Shown here piece by piece: positions 1 to 8,514 of a DNA stretch of 50,834 nt. The position numbers and the translations under genes are program-made. The stretch comes from an uncultured Clostridium sp. (GTDB taxonomy: Bacteria > Bacillota_I > Bacilli_A > RF39 > UBA660), in assembly GCA_945788325.1 (NCBI GenBank), contig CALZLL010000001.1:1-50834 (forward strand), read 5' to 3'. Under the pieces are notes generated by a model. The model searched no databases. It was not told the origin of the DNA and saw nothing but the letters and a program-made list of their open reading frames with translations. Numbering within the stretch: position 1 is the stretch's first letter; each line of letters begins with the position of its first letter.

Positions 1-89
1 AAATAATGTTTTGTCATTATTTTTTTCTTTTACGTTGTTTTCTTCTATCTTTTTTGTTATAATAATCATTGATAATAGGGGTGGCTTAA

Positions 90-431
90 ATGAAATCTAA
101 TAAAGGTCAAGCGTTAGTAGAATTTATTATAATTTTACCGATTACACTAATTCTTATTTTTTGCGTTGTTGATTTTGGAAGAATAATATCTACCAAAGGA
201 GAATTAGAAGATAAAACCCAAGATATAGTTACTTTTTATGAAAGTGGTAAAACTTTAGAAGAAATAAACTTAATCATGGATAATAAAGATATTAAAATTG
301 ATTTTAAAAATAATGGGGATTATGTTACTCTTACAATAAATAAAAAAATAAAACCAATAACTCCTGGATTATCATATATTTTGGATGAAGCGTTTAACGT
401 TGAAGTAACCAGGGTGATAAAAAATGAATAG
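90..431 (+). CDS. TadE-like pseudopilin / Flp pilus assembly protein
   Basis: N-terminus KGQALVEFIIILPITLILIFCVVDFGR matches the TadE-type motif (G-x-x-x-VEF plus a hydrophobic helix). RBS aggggtgg lies upstream. Sits at the head of the tadZ-tadA-tadB-tadC block. Confidence 0.6.
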   Translation: MKSNKGQALVEFIIILPITLILIFCVVDFGRIISTKGELEDKTQDIVTFYESGKTLEEINLIMDNKDIKIDFKNNGDYVTLTINKKIKPITPGLSYILDEAFNVEVTRVIKNE

Positions 432-819
432 GCTTAACTCTAAAGGGCAAAGTTTGGCAATCTTTGTAATTTTTGTACCAGTTTTTATCATGATTGGGAC
501 TTTGGTTGTAGATGTTTCTTTTGCGCGTTACAACGTAAGAAAATTAGATAATATAAATAAGTTAGTAATAAATTATGGATTAGATCATATAGAAAGTGAT
601 CCTTATGATAACATGGTTGATTTGATTTATAAGAATGATTCTGAAGTAGATAATTACGAGATAAAAATTAACCTTGAAGAAAAGAAAATAAACGTTAATA
701 TTTCAAAATCTACAAAAGGTTTTTTTGGTAGTATTGTTGGAAAAGAAATATATAAAGAAAAAAGTTTTTTTATAGGATACATAAAAGATGATAAAAAAAT
801 AATAGAAAAGGATGATTAG
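424..819 (+). CDS. TadG/Tad_N-like pilus assembly protein
   Basis: N-terminus KGQSLAIFVIFVPVFIMIGTLVVDVSFARY resembles the TadG-like N-terminal domain. Overlaps the preceding gene by 8 nt (translational coupling). Confidence 0.5.
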   Translation: MNRLNSKGQSLAIFVIFVPVFIMIGTLVVDVSFARYNVRKLDNINKLVINYGLDHIESDPYDNMVDLIYKNDSEVDNYEIKINLEEKKINVNISKSTKGFFGSIVGKEIYKEKSFFIGYIKDDKKIIEKDD

Positions 820-820
820 T

Positions 821-1609
821 ATGAAAAAAGAAGCTGCAAAGGTAATAACTGTTTTTTCATGTAAAGGTGGTGTTGGAAAAACAACTACCACACTTAATTT
901 AGCAGGTATATATAGTTTGATGGATAAAAAGGTTTTAATTATGGATCTTGATTTAAATAGTGGTGGTGTAGCGGTTAGTTTAAACGTTGATGTATCAAAA
1001 ACAATTTATAACGTAGTTGATGACATGGGTAACAATCGCTTTGATGATATTGAAAATTACGTTTGTAAATATAATGATAAAATAGATGTTTTATCATCGC
1101 CAAAAGACCCAAGAAACGCTATGAAAATAGATTCTAAGTACATTGGGCTTGTTATTACTTCTGCCATGTATAAATATGATGTTATTTTAATAGATACATC
1201 TCATAATTTAAGTCCAATATCACTTACGGCATTAGATAAAAGTGATAATACGTTATTTATGGTTACTAATGATCCGGTTGATTTAAAGAATGCAAAAAGT
1301 ATGATTTCAATATTTAAAGATACTGAAAATGATAATTATAAAGTTGTTTTTAATTCTTCTAAAGATACTGGTAAAGATTACTTTTCATTATTTGATGTTA
1401 AGAACATTATTAAGCATAACATTGATTATACGATAGATAAAAGTTTTTATATAAAAGACATTGATAAATATGTTATAGATGGTGATATTCTTACTTTAAA
1501 TAAAAAAATAAGAATATCTAAAAAAAGTGATGTTATGAAACTTACCAAGTTAGCTAATGCTTTAATAGAACCAAAGCCAAAAAAAATAGAGGTGAAAAAA
1601 GATGCCTAA
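821..1609 (+). CDS. TadZ/CpaE-like ParA/MinD-family ATPase
   Basis: Deviant Walker A CKGGVGKTTTTLNLAG and position directly upstream of the CpaF-like ATPase. The ORF track starts at 812; the ATG at 821 has better spacing to RBS aaagga. Confidence 0.7.
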   Translation: MKKEAAKVITVFSCKGGVGKTTTTLNLAGIYSLMDKKVLIMDLDLNSGGVAVSLNVDVSKTIYNVVDDMGNNRFDDIENYVCKYNDKIDVLSSPKDPRNAMKIDSKYIGLVITSAMYKYDVILIDTSHNLSPISLTALDKSDNTLFMVTNDPVDLKNAKSMISIFKDTENDNYKVVFNSSKDTGKDYFSLFDVKNIIKHNIDYTIDKSFYIKDIDKYVIDGDILTLNKKIRISKKSDVMKLTKLANALIEPKPKKIEVKKDA

Positions 1610-2936
1610 GAAAAAATTAATGGAAGAATTTGAAATAAAAGAAGAAAAAGTAACTACTAAACCAGTTGCGGATTATGATATATTTAAAGATAAAGAATTA
1701 TTGGATAATTTAAGAAATAGTATTATTTCTAATTTGATTGATGATAAAATTCCTGATAATAAACTGCTTCATGAATACATAAATGATGAAATTGATAAGG
1801 CTCTTTTAGGATATGATTTAACAAATTTAGAACGTAGTCATATATTTAACTTAATTGATAATGAAATAAATGGTTATGGTCCTATTACGGAGCTGTTAGA
1901 AGACCCTAATATTACCGAAATAATGATTAATGGAGAAAATGAAGTTTATGTTGAAATAGATGGTCAAATTAGTAAGGATGAATCTGTTTCATTCATTAAT
2001 GATGAACACATCATAAGAACCATTCAAAAAATAGTTCAACCATTAGGTAGAACGATAGATACCGCAAATCCTATGGTAGATGCAAGATTAGAAGATGGAT
2101 CAAGACTTAATGCGGTAATACCACCATTGTCATTAAAAGGACCAGTTGTTACGATAAGAAAGTTTAGACGAGATATGGAAACGATTGAAGACTTTTTAAG
2201 AACTGGTGCAATGACACCTTACATGGCACGTTTTTTAGATGCTGCGGTAAGATCTAAACTAAACATAATTATATGTGGTGGTACAGGCGCTGGTAAAACA
2301 ACTTTACTTAATGCTTTATCTTCATTCATTGGTGATCATGAACGTATTATTACAATTGAAGATGCAGCTGAGTTAAGACTTAATCAATCACACGTAATTA
2401 GTCTTGAAACAAGGTTAGTAAATTATGAAGGTACCGGAGAAGTTACCATTCGTGATTTAGTTATAAATTCACTTCGTATGAGACCAGATAGAATAATTGT
2501 TGGAGAAGTACGTGGTAAAGAAGCATTTGATATGCTTCAAGCCATGAATACCGGACATGATGGTTCTCTTACAACGATGCATGCTAATAGTCCAGTAGAG
2601 GCTTTAAACAGACTAGAAACCATGGTTTTAATGGCTGGTATGGAAATACCAATTAAAGCTATTAGAGAATATATTGAAAACGCAATAGATTTAGTAGTTA
2701 ACGTATCAAGATTATCAGATGGAAGAAGAAAAGTAACTAGTATTTGTGAAGTAGATGGTTTTAAAGAAGATATGATTGAATTAAAAGAAATATTTAATTT
2801 TAAACAAACTGGTTTAACAAATGCTGGAGAAGTAGATGGATCATTTGATCTTAAAAAACGTATTCCAAAGGTTTATAACAAAATTAAAAGTAGAGGTATA
2901 GATGATTTAGACGACATATTTAAATTTAAAAAATAG
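1602..2936 (+). CDS. tadA: Tad secretion ATPase (CpaF/TadA family, VirB11-like)
   Basis: Walker [15 protein letters not shown], then [21 protein letters not shown] and [13 protein letters not shown], which are typical of CpaF/TadA. Confidence 0.9.
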   Translation: MPKKKLMEEFEIKEEKVTTKPVADYDIFKDKELLDNLRNSIISNLIDDKIPDNKLLHEYINDEIDKALLGYDLTNLERSHIFNLIDNEINGYGPITELLEDPNITEIMINGENEVYVEIDGQISKDESVSFINDEHIIRTIQKIVQPLGRTIDTANPMVDARLEDGSRLNAVIPPLSLKGPVVTIRKFRRDMETIEDFLRTGAMTPYMARFLDAAVRSKLNIIICGGTGAGKTTLLNALSSFIGDHERIITIEDAAELRLNQSHVISLETRLVNYEGTGEVTIRDLVINSLRMRPDRIIVGEVRGKEAFDMLQAMNTGHDGSLTTMHANSPVEALNRLETMVLMAGMEIPIKAIREYIENAIDLVVNVSRLSDGRRKVTSICEVDGFKEDMIELKEIFNFKQTGLTNAGEVDGSFDLKKRIPKVYNKIKSRGIDDLDDIFKFKK

Positions 2937-2948
2937 GAGGTAATAAAG

Positions 2949-3941
2949 ATGAATATATTTATCATTCAGACAATTATAATGGTACTTTTAGCTTTTATTA
3001 TTTTCTATTTAATATTATATAATAATAGTCTAAAGTTAGAGAAAAGAATATCAAAGTATAGTATTGAATCTATAAAAAGTGATTCAGTTTCATTATTTGA
3101 TTTAATATATAACGATTATAAAAAATTAATAGCATATCTTACTAAAAAACTTAATAAAAGTGCTATTATAAAAAAATATGCAACTAAATATAATAAGTAT
3201 ATAACTTATGAAAATGATAAAGATATAGTTGCTATGGATTACGTTAGCAACAAAGTATTAATTTGCATACTATTTATTTTAATTATTATATTTGCAAGAA
3301 TAATAGAAGGAATATTTCCTAGTTTTATAGATTTATTAATATCATCATTATTAGGCTTTTTTTCAATTGATATATATTTTAAATTCTATGATTATATTAA
3401 GAAAAAACAGATAGAACAAGACTTATTAAACGCTATTATCATAATGAATAATGCGTTTCGTTCTGGTAGAAGTACGATGCAAGCTATTGAAATAGTAGCT
3501 AAAGAACTAAAAGGACCAATAAGTCAAGAATTTAAAAAGATGCATTTAGAAATAAGTTATGGCTTATCACTTGACGTTGTATTTGAAAGATTTTCAAAAA
3601 GGATAGAATCAGAAGAGGTAAGCTATATTACGTCATCTCTTAGTATTTTAAATAAAACTGGCGGTAACATAATAAAGGTTTTTTCTTCAATAGAAAAAAT
3701 GCTATTTAATAAAAGAAAGTTAAAGCAAGAAATGAAGTCTCTTACGTCATCAGCTAATATGATAAGTAAAGTTTTACTTATTATGCCTTTTGTTTTTGTA
3801 GCGGTTATTTCTCTTTTGAACCCAACTTATTTTACACCTTTATTTAATACTAGCTTAGGTAATATTTTACTTATTATAATAGTAATAATATATGCATTAT
3901 ATGCCTTCATAGTTAACAAAATCATGAAAGTGAGGTTTTAG
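2949..3941 (+). CDS. tadB: TadB-like type II secretion system F-domain membrane protein
   Basis: Polytopic membrane protein with a T2SSF-like cytoplasmic helical region (AFRSGRSTMQAIEIVAKEL). Follows tadA. Confidence 0.7.
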   Translation: MNIFIIQTIIMVLLAFIIFYLILYNNSLKLEKRISKYSIESIKSDSVSLFDLIYNDYKKLIAYLTKKLNKSAIIKKYATKYNKYITYENDKDIVAMDYVSNKVLICILFILIIIFARIIEGIFPSFIDLLISSLLGFFSIDIYFKFYDYIKKKQIEQDLLNAIIIMNNAFRSGRSTMQAIEIVAKELKGPISQEFKKMHLEISYGLSLDVVFERFSKRIESEEVSYITSSLSILNKTGGNIIKVFSSIEKMLFNKRKLKQEMKSLTSSANMISKVLLIMPFVFVAVISLLNPTYFTPLFNTSLGNILLIIIVIIYALYAFIVNKIMKVRF

Positions 3942-3943
3942 TA

Positions 3944-4648
3944 ATGAAACAAAAAAAATCATTTATATACCGCATTTATCGTGAAAAAGATATAAAGAAA
4001 ATTGATGATAAAATAAATTTATTTGGAGTTTCTAAAAAATTTACAACCGAGTATTTTATGAACTTTAGATTATACTCATCAATGATAGTGTTTTTATTAA
4101 TATTTGTATTTGCTAACTTTGGAGCATTACTAGCACCAATTATAACTGTGTTATGGTATGTTTTAGTAGGTTATACCATGATTGATAAGCCTCTTAAGAA
4201 AAGAGAAAGAAAGTTAGATAACGAAGCATATTATTATTTTGAAGTATTAACTTTGGCGTTAGAATCTGGAAGAAATCTAGAAAATGCTATAAAAATGGCA
4301 TGTAAATACATAGATTCTGAAATATCAGATGAGTTTAAAGAAACAATAAAACAAGTTAACTTTGGTAAATCTTTAACGGAAAGTTTATCGCTTATGAGTT
4401 ATCGTATTCCTAGTTTAACAATTAATAATATTATTTTAAACATGGAACAATCAAATCTTTTTGGTAATAGTATAATAGAAACTATGTATAACCAATTAGA
4501 CTTCTTAAAAGATAAACAAGTCATGGACATAAAATCTCAAATTAATAAAATTCCAAATAAGATAAGTATCTTTTCAGTATTATTTTTTATACCTCTTATT
4601 CTACTTATAATATTAGGACCAGTATTAATAGAATTTATTTTAGGATAA
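3944..4648 (+). CDS. tadC: TadC-like type II secretion system F-domain membrane protein
   Basis: Second T2SSF-like membrane protein (LALESGRNLENAIKMA) immediately after tadB. Confidence 0.65.
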   Translation: MKQKKSFIYRIYREKDIKKIDDKINLFGVSKKFTTEYFMNFRLYSSMIVFLLIFVFANFGALLAPIITVLWYVLVGYTMIDKPLKKRERKLDNEAYYYFEVLTLALESGRNLENAIKMACKYIDSEISDEFKETIKQVNFGKSLTESLSLMSYRIPSLTINNIILNMEQSNLFGNSIIETMYNQLDFLKDKQVMDIKSQINKIPNKISIFSVLFFIPLILLIILGPVLIEFILG

Positions 4649-4670
4649 CAAGTTTTAACTTGTTATTTTT
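4648..4670 (+). terminator. Rho-independent terminator after tadC
   Basis: Stem acaag/cttgt followed by tattttt. Confidence 0.5.
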
Positions 4671-4696
4671 ATATAAAGTAATGTTAATTATTAGTT

Positions 4697-4724
4697 TTGA
4701 TAATTGACTATAAAACTATATAAT
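4697..4724 (+). promoter_or_regulatory. Sigma-A-type promoter for surface-protein paralog A
   Basis: TTGATA, 16-nt spacer, TATAAT, about 35 nt upstream of the RBS ggaaaggag. Confidence 0.5.
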
Positions 4725-4757
4725 GATACTATGATAATAGTAGGAAAGGAGTAAAAA

Positions 4758-6059
4758 ATGGAAAAAGAAAGAAGAGCAAAAACATTAAGTATAGTAGCTT
4801 TAATAGTTGCAATATTAGGCTTAACAATAGCGTTTGCAACACTATCACAAACACTAACAATAAATGGAAGCGCATACTTAAACGCAACAAAGTGGGGAAT
4901 AAAGTTTGAAAACTTATCATCACCAATAAAGGTAGGTGATGCAACAGTTACTGGGGAAGCTAAAATAAATGAAAGTACCTACGTAGAAATAGCAAATATG
5001 AACGTTAATTTAAAAACACCAGGAGATAGTGTTACATATAACGTAGATTTAGTAAACGAAGGAACAATAAATGCAAAAATAGATGAAATAGTAAAAACTA
5101 CAACACCTGATTATTTATCATTTAAAGTAATAAAACAAGATAATAAAGAATTAGAAGAAGGATATGTATTAGGTAAAGAAACAAGAATACCCTTAAGAAT
5201 AGAAATAGAATTTAAGAAAGATATAACAAAAGAAGACTTACCAAAAGAAGCAATTACAATAGAACTATCATATGCTTTAACATTTGTACAAACGGATGAA
5301 ACCGCTACAAGCATTGGACAAACTCCATCATCAGCATGTACAATATTTGATAAAAAAGATACATACCAAGTAGGAGATGAAATAGCCCTATGTAATAATG
5401 ATACAAATAAATCAGAAGACTTCTATGTAATAAGTGATAATGGAGATACAGTAACAGCGCTAGCTAAGTATAATTTACTTGTTGGTAATGAAGTTGAAAT
5501 AGATAATTTTGAAGATTATAATATAGTTAGAAATGATCCGATAGATTCATCAACTACTGGATATGGATTGCAAAATAGTAGTGCAAAAGCATTTGTATTA
5601 GATAACACTATCTGGACTGGAACAATAGTATTTGCCGAAGATAAAAATAAGGGTAATGGATATTGGGCACCAACTGGTAGTCTCTTAAGTACGTATGGAA
5701 CAAGTTATCCAGCATACGTATTTGATGAAAATTCATTATTATATGAACCATTAAAGAATTATGAATCATATATAAAAACAACATTAGGAAAAACAAGTGT
5801 AAATACTAGTTTATTAACCTATGAGCAAGCTACTAGCTTAGGTTGTGTTAAAGATAATCGTACATGTGAAGCTGCACCTAGTTGGGTATATGAAACGTCA
5901 TACTGGCTTGGTTCTGCTCTCGGTGGAAGCTCTGTTCCAGGTGTTGAGTCGTATGGCGGTTTCGAATGCTGGTATGACTTCAACTACGACATCTACTTCA
6001 ACAGTGGCTACCCTCTCGGTTTGCGTCCAGTCATAACAATAGCTAAAACTGATTTATAA
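4758..6059 (+). CDS. Surface protein paralog A: N-terminal signal-anchor, beta-rich N-domain (TasA/camelysin-like by motif, tentative), C-terminal lectin-fold-like domain ending in a hypervariable segment
   Basis: N-terminus MEKERRAKTLSIVALIVAILGLTIAFATLSQTLTINGSA, then PGDSVTYNVDLVNEGT. C-terminal pattern LLTYEQATSLGC ... SYWLGSA-(variable)-GLRPVITI resembles DUF1566 / C-type-lectin-fold DGR targets. The gene is certain; the functional call is tentative. Confidence 0.5.
   Translation: MEKERRAKTLSIVALIVAILGLTIAFATLSQTLTINGSAYLNATKWGIKFENLSSPIKVGDATVTGEAKINESTYVEIANMNVNLKTPGDSVTYNVDLVNEGTINAKIDEIVKTTTPDYLSFKVIKQDNKELEEGYVLGKETRIPLRIEIEFKKDITKEDLPKEAITIELSYALTFVQTDETATSIGQTPSSACTIFDKKDTYQVGDEIALCNNDTNKSEDFYVISDNGDTVTALAKYNLLVGNEVEIDNFEDYNIVRNDPIDSSTTGYGLQNSSAKAFVLDNTIWTGTIVFAEDKNKGNGYWAPTGSLLSTYGTSYPAYVFDENSLLYEPLKNYESYIKTTLGKTSVNTSLLTYEQATSLGCVKDNRTCEAAPSWVYETSYWLGSALGGSSVPGVESYGGFECWYDFNYDIYFNSGYPLGLRPVITIAKTDL
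5919..6032 (+). other. Candidate DGR variable region (VR-A) within paralog A
   Basis: Of 38 codons, 18 end in C (ctc agc ggc ttc tgc gac ttc aac tac gac atc tac ttc aac ggc tac ctc gtc), versus 2 of the first 38 codons of the same gene. 20 of 114 nt are A. The segment ends 9 codons before the stop. Confidence 0.55.
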
Positions 6060-6195
6060 TAAATAAAATGAATAACTAATAATTTGTTATTCTCTTTTTG
6101 TAAAGAAACTTTACAGCACGTATATATTTTTATTTACTGGGAATATTTTTAATGATAATATTTAATTATAAGATAGTGATAATAGGAGTGCTGTT

Positions 6196-7260
6196 ATGAA
6201 AAAGGATATAGTTGAATACTTGGGATTTGATGAGGAAGAAGAAAAGAAAAAAGTAGGAAGACCAAAACTTGCTGATAAAGAAACAAAAAGAAAATCTTTA
6301 ATTATAGCTAGTGTATCTTTTTGTGCAGTTATTCTATTACTAATTTTTGGATATGGAACTTTATTTGGATTTAAAAATTTAAATTTAAAAGGTACCGTTA
6401 GTAATAATGAAATAAATCAAGATACGTTAGTTGAAGAAATAAAACCACTTGTTAAAGATATAACTCTTAAAACTGGTACTGCAAGAAAGGTATATTTAAC
6501 TGTTTTACCAGCTAGTGCAAACGATAAATCTATAAGTTATAAAAGTTCTGATGAATCTGTTGCGATAGTTGATAATGAAGGTAAAGTTACTGGAATATCA
6601 GTTGGTAATGCTACTATAACTGCTACTACTAATGATGGTTCTAACTTAAGTACCACATTTAAAGTAAAGGTAATTAAAAACGCAGAAGGAAAATGTGTTT
6701 TTACATCACTTTCAAAGACTTCAAATGGTATAGAATATGAAACTGAATGTAATAATGCAAAGATAAAGGAAATACAATATAAAGTAGGAGACGATAACTT
6801 TGAAAAGTTACTTACTAAAAAGACAACTGATGAAGTTAAGTTTTCTAAAGATCAATTAGATAATAAAATAACTTTTAAAATAGTATATTATCCAAATAAT
6901 AGTAAAATTACTAAATACGAAGTTAAAACATTAAATGGCAAAGAAAAAACTACTAAAGCACCTACTGGAAATTGCTCTCTTATATTAAAAGATGTAAAGG
7001 CATCATCTGCTAAGTATGATATAACGTGTGATAATGCTAGTGTTACTAAAATTGCATATAAGATAGGAAATGGTAGCTATATTGGTCTTGAATCAAGTAG
7101 TTTAGCTGACACAATATTATATGAAGAAAGTGATGTAACAAGGGTTATATACTTTAATATAGAATATGTAATTGATGGAACTAATAATGTTAAAACAATA
7201 ACAAAAAGTAGTATAATAGAAAAGAAAATAATAAATAATGATGTAGAAGGAGAAATGTAA
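6196..7260 (+). CDS. Membrane-anchored protein: N-terminal KVGRPKLA motif, TM helix, Big_2-like Ig domain, two Cys-pair repeat modules
   Basis: EEKKKVGRPKLADKETKRKS followed by hydrophobic LIIASVSFCAVILLLIFGYG. SDESVAIVDNEGKVTGISVGNATITATTNDGS is Big_2-like. Modules GKCVF...ECNNAKIKEIQYKVG and GNCSL...TCDNASVTKIAYKIG. Confidence 0.5.
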   Translation: MKKDIVEYLGFDEEEEKKKVGRPKLADKETKRKSLIIASVSFCAVILLLIFGYGTLFGFKNLNLKGTVSNNEINQDTLVEEIKPLVKDITLKTGTARKVYLTVLPASANDKSISYKSSDESVAIVDNEGKVTGISVGNATITATTNDGSNLSTTFKVKVIKNAEGKCVFTSLSKTSNGIEYETECNNAKIKEIQYKVGDDNFEKLLTKKTTDEVKFSKDQLDNKITFKIVYYPNNSKITKYEVKTLNGKEKTTKAPTGNCSLILKDVKASSAKYDITCDNASVTKIAYKIGNGSYIGLESSSLADTILYEESDVTRVIYFNIEYVIDGTNNVKTITKSSIIEKKIINNDVEGEM

Positions 7261-7261
7261 A

Positions 7262-7645
7262 ATGGCAAAGAAGGAAGAAAAAAATAAAGTAGGAAGACCA
7301 AAACTAGCTGATAGTAAAACAAAAAAGGAATCAATATTTATATGTATTTTTACTATGGTTGTAATAACAATTGTAGCTATTTTGGGATATAATATTTTAA
7401 CGATTGATTTTAATCCCAAATATAATGTTGGTTCAATTTATAATACTCATGTTTCATCTTGTGTAATTGAAGATAAAAAAATTGATTGTGGACCTAACGT
7501 TACTTATATGAAGTATAAATTAGATAATGAAGGTTGGATAGAAGTTAGTAAACAAGATAAAAGCATAGAAGTAGCACTTGATAATAATAAAAAAGTTGAG
7601 TTTTGCTATAAAACTGATAAAACTGATATAAAATGTAATAAATAA
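7262..7645 (+). CDS. Small membrane-anchored protein: N-terminal KVGRPKLA motif plus one Cys-pair module
   Basis: KEEKNKVGRPKLADSKTKKES followed by TM IFICIFTMVVITIVAILGY. C-terminal CVIEDKKIDC...YMKYKLDNEGW. Confidence 0.5.
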   Translation: MAKKEEKNKVGRPKLADSKTKKESIFICIFTMVVITIVAILGYNILTIDFNPKYNVGSIYNTHVSSCVIEDKKIDCGPNVTYMKYKLDNEGWIEVSKQDKSIEVALDNNKKVEFCYKTDKTDIKCNK

Positions 7646-7669
7646 CTTGTAATACACAAGTTATTTTTT
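7643..7669 (+). terminator. Rho-independent terminator
   Basis: taacttgt-aatac-acaagtta followed by tttttt. Confidence 0.7.
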
Positions 7670-7702
7670 GTATATAAAGTATATTTTTGGGAATTTATAT
7701 AT

Positions 7703-8452
7703 ATGGTGATTACTTTGATAAATGATATTTTAAATACAAATTGGTATGAAGTAGGAATAGTTGCTTCAAGGGCATTATTTTCATTAGTTACGCTTTTTTT
7801 TATAACAAGATTAATTGGTAAAAAACAAGTCTCTGAACTTAGTTTATTTGATTATGTTATAAGTATTTCAATAGGAAACTTTGCTGCTGAGATGTCAATG
7901 AATTTAGATGCACAAGTAATAAATGGATTTGTTGCGGTATTAATTTTTGGACTTATTGCTACCATGGTAGCCATTCTTACCATGAAAAGTATATTTCTTA
8001 GAAGATTTTTCATGGGAACTCCCACTATAATAATAGAAAATGGTAAGTTTATATATAAAAATTTAAAAAGGGTGAAAATGGATATAAATGACTTTTTAGA
8101 AACGGCAAGAATAGCTGGTTATTTTGACATAAGTCAGATAAAATATGCTTTAATGGAAGCAAATGGTAAAGTAAGTTTTTTACCAATGGAAGATTATAAT
8201 TATTTAACCCCAAAAGATATGAATATAAAACCAAGTAAAAGTGGGTTATGTGCTAACGTTATTATAGATGGTAAAATAATGAAAAATAATTTGGATGTAA
8301 TAGATAAAGATGGTAATTGGTTACTTAAACAACTAAAAATAAAAGGTATTAACGATATAGATGAAATTTTACTTGCAACTGTTGATATAAATGAAAAGCT
8401 AGTAATTTATAAGAAAGAAAGTAAAGAGTTTATTAAAAATATACTTGAATAA
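7703..8452 (+). CDS. DUF421 (YetF-like) membrane protein
   Basis: N-terminal pattern RLIGKKQVSELSLFDYVISISIGN is typical of the DUF421/YetF family of spore formers. Confidence 0.6.
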   Translation: MVITLINDILNTNWYEVGIVASRALFSLVTLFFITRLIGKKQVSELSLFDYVISISIGNFAAEMSMNLDAQVINGFVAVLIFGLIATMVAILTMKSIFLRRFFMGTPTIIIENGKFIYKNLKRVKMDINDFLETARIAGYFDISQIKYALMEANGKVSFLPMEDYNYLTPKDMNIKPSKSGLCANVIIDGKIMKNNLDVIDKDGNWLLKQLKIKGINDIDEILLATVDINEKLVIYKKESKEFIKNILE

Positions 8453-8514
8453 CATTTAAAATAAATATATTGCTTTCTTTCTTTTTTTTATGTTATTATT
8501 TATTTGGTGATAAT

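Noticed and set aside
703-891. Short minus-strand ORFs opposite long CDSs: 703..891, 4729..4944, 5111..5314, 5608..5796, 7077..7419, 8049..8234, 11160..11390, 11687..11881, 12166..12351, 12826..13155, 13746..14051, 14697..14915, 16945..17247, 24712..25089, 26453..26647, 28707..29246, 31624..31950, 36716..36973, 38715..38918, 47873..48208, 48473..48676
   Set aside because: All lie antisense to motif-supported or long, RBS-preceded genes. They translate to F/L/I/S-rich low-complexity strings, as expected from the reverse complement of K/E/N-rich AT-rich coding sequence.
5845-6036. 63-aa plus-strand ORF inside paralog A, in an alternate frame
   Set aside because: It exists only because the candidate VR is locally GC-rich and poor in stop codons. 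It has no RBS and lies entirely within a well-supported longer CDS. It is a by-product of the compositional anomaly, not a gene.
6241-6290. GRPK motif as the HTH of a resolvase, invertase or transposase (mobile element)
   Set aside because: The motif is followed by a TM helix and extracellular beta domains, not a recombinase catalytic domain. No inverted repeats or other mobile-element genes are nearby.
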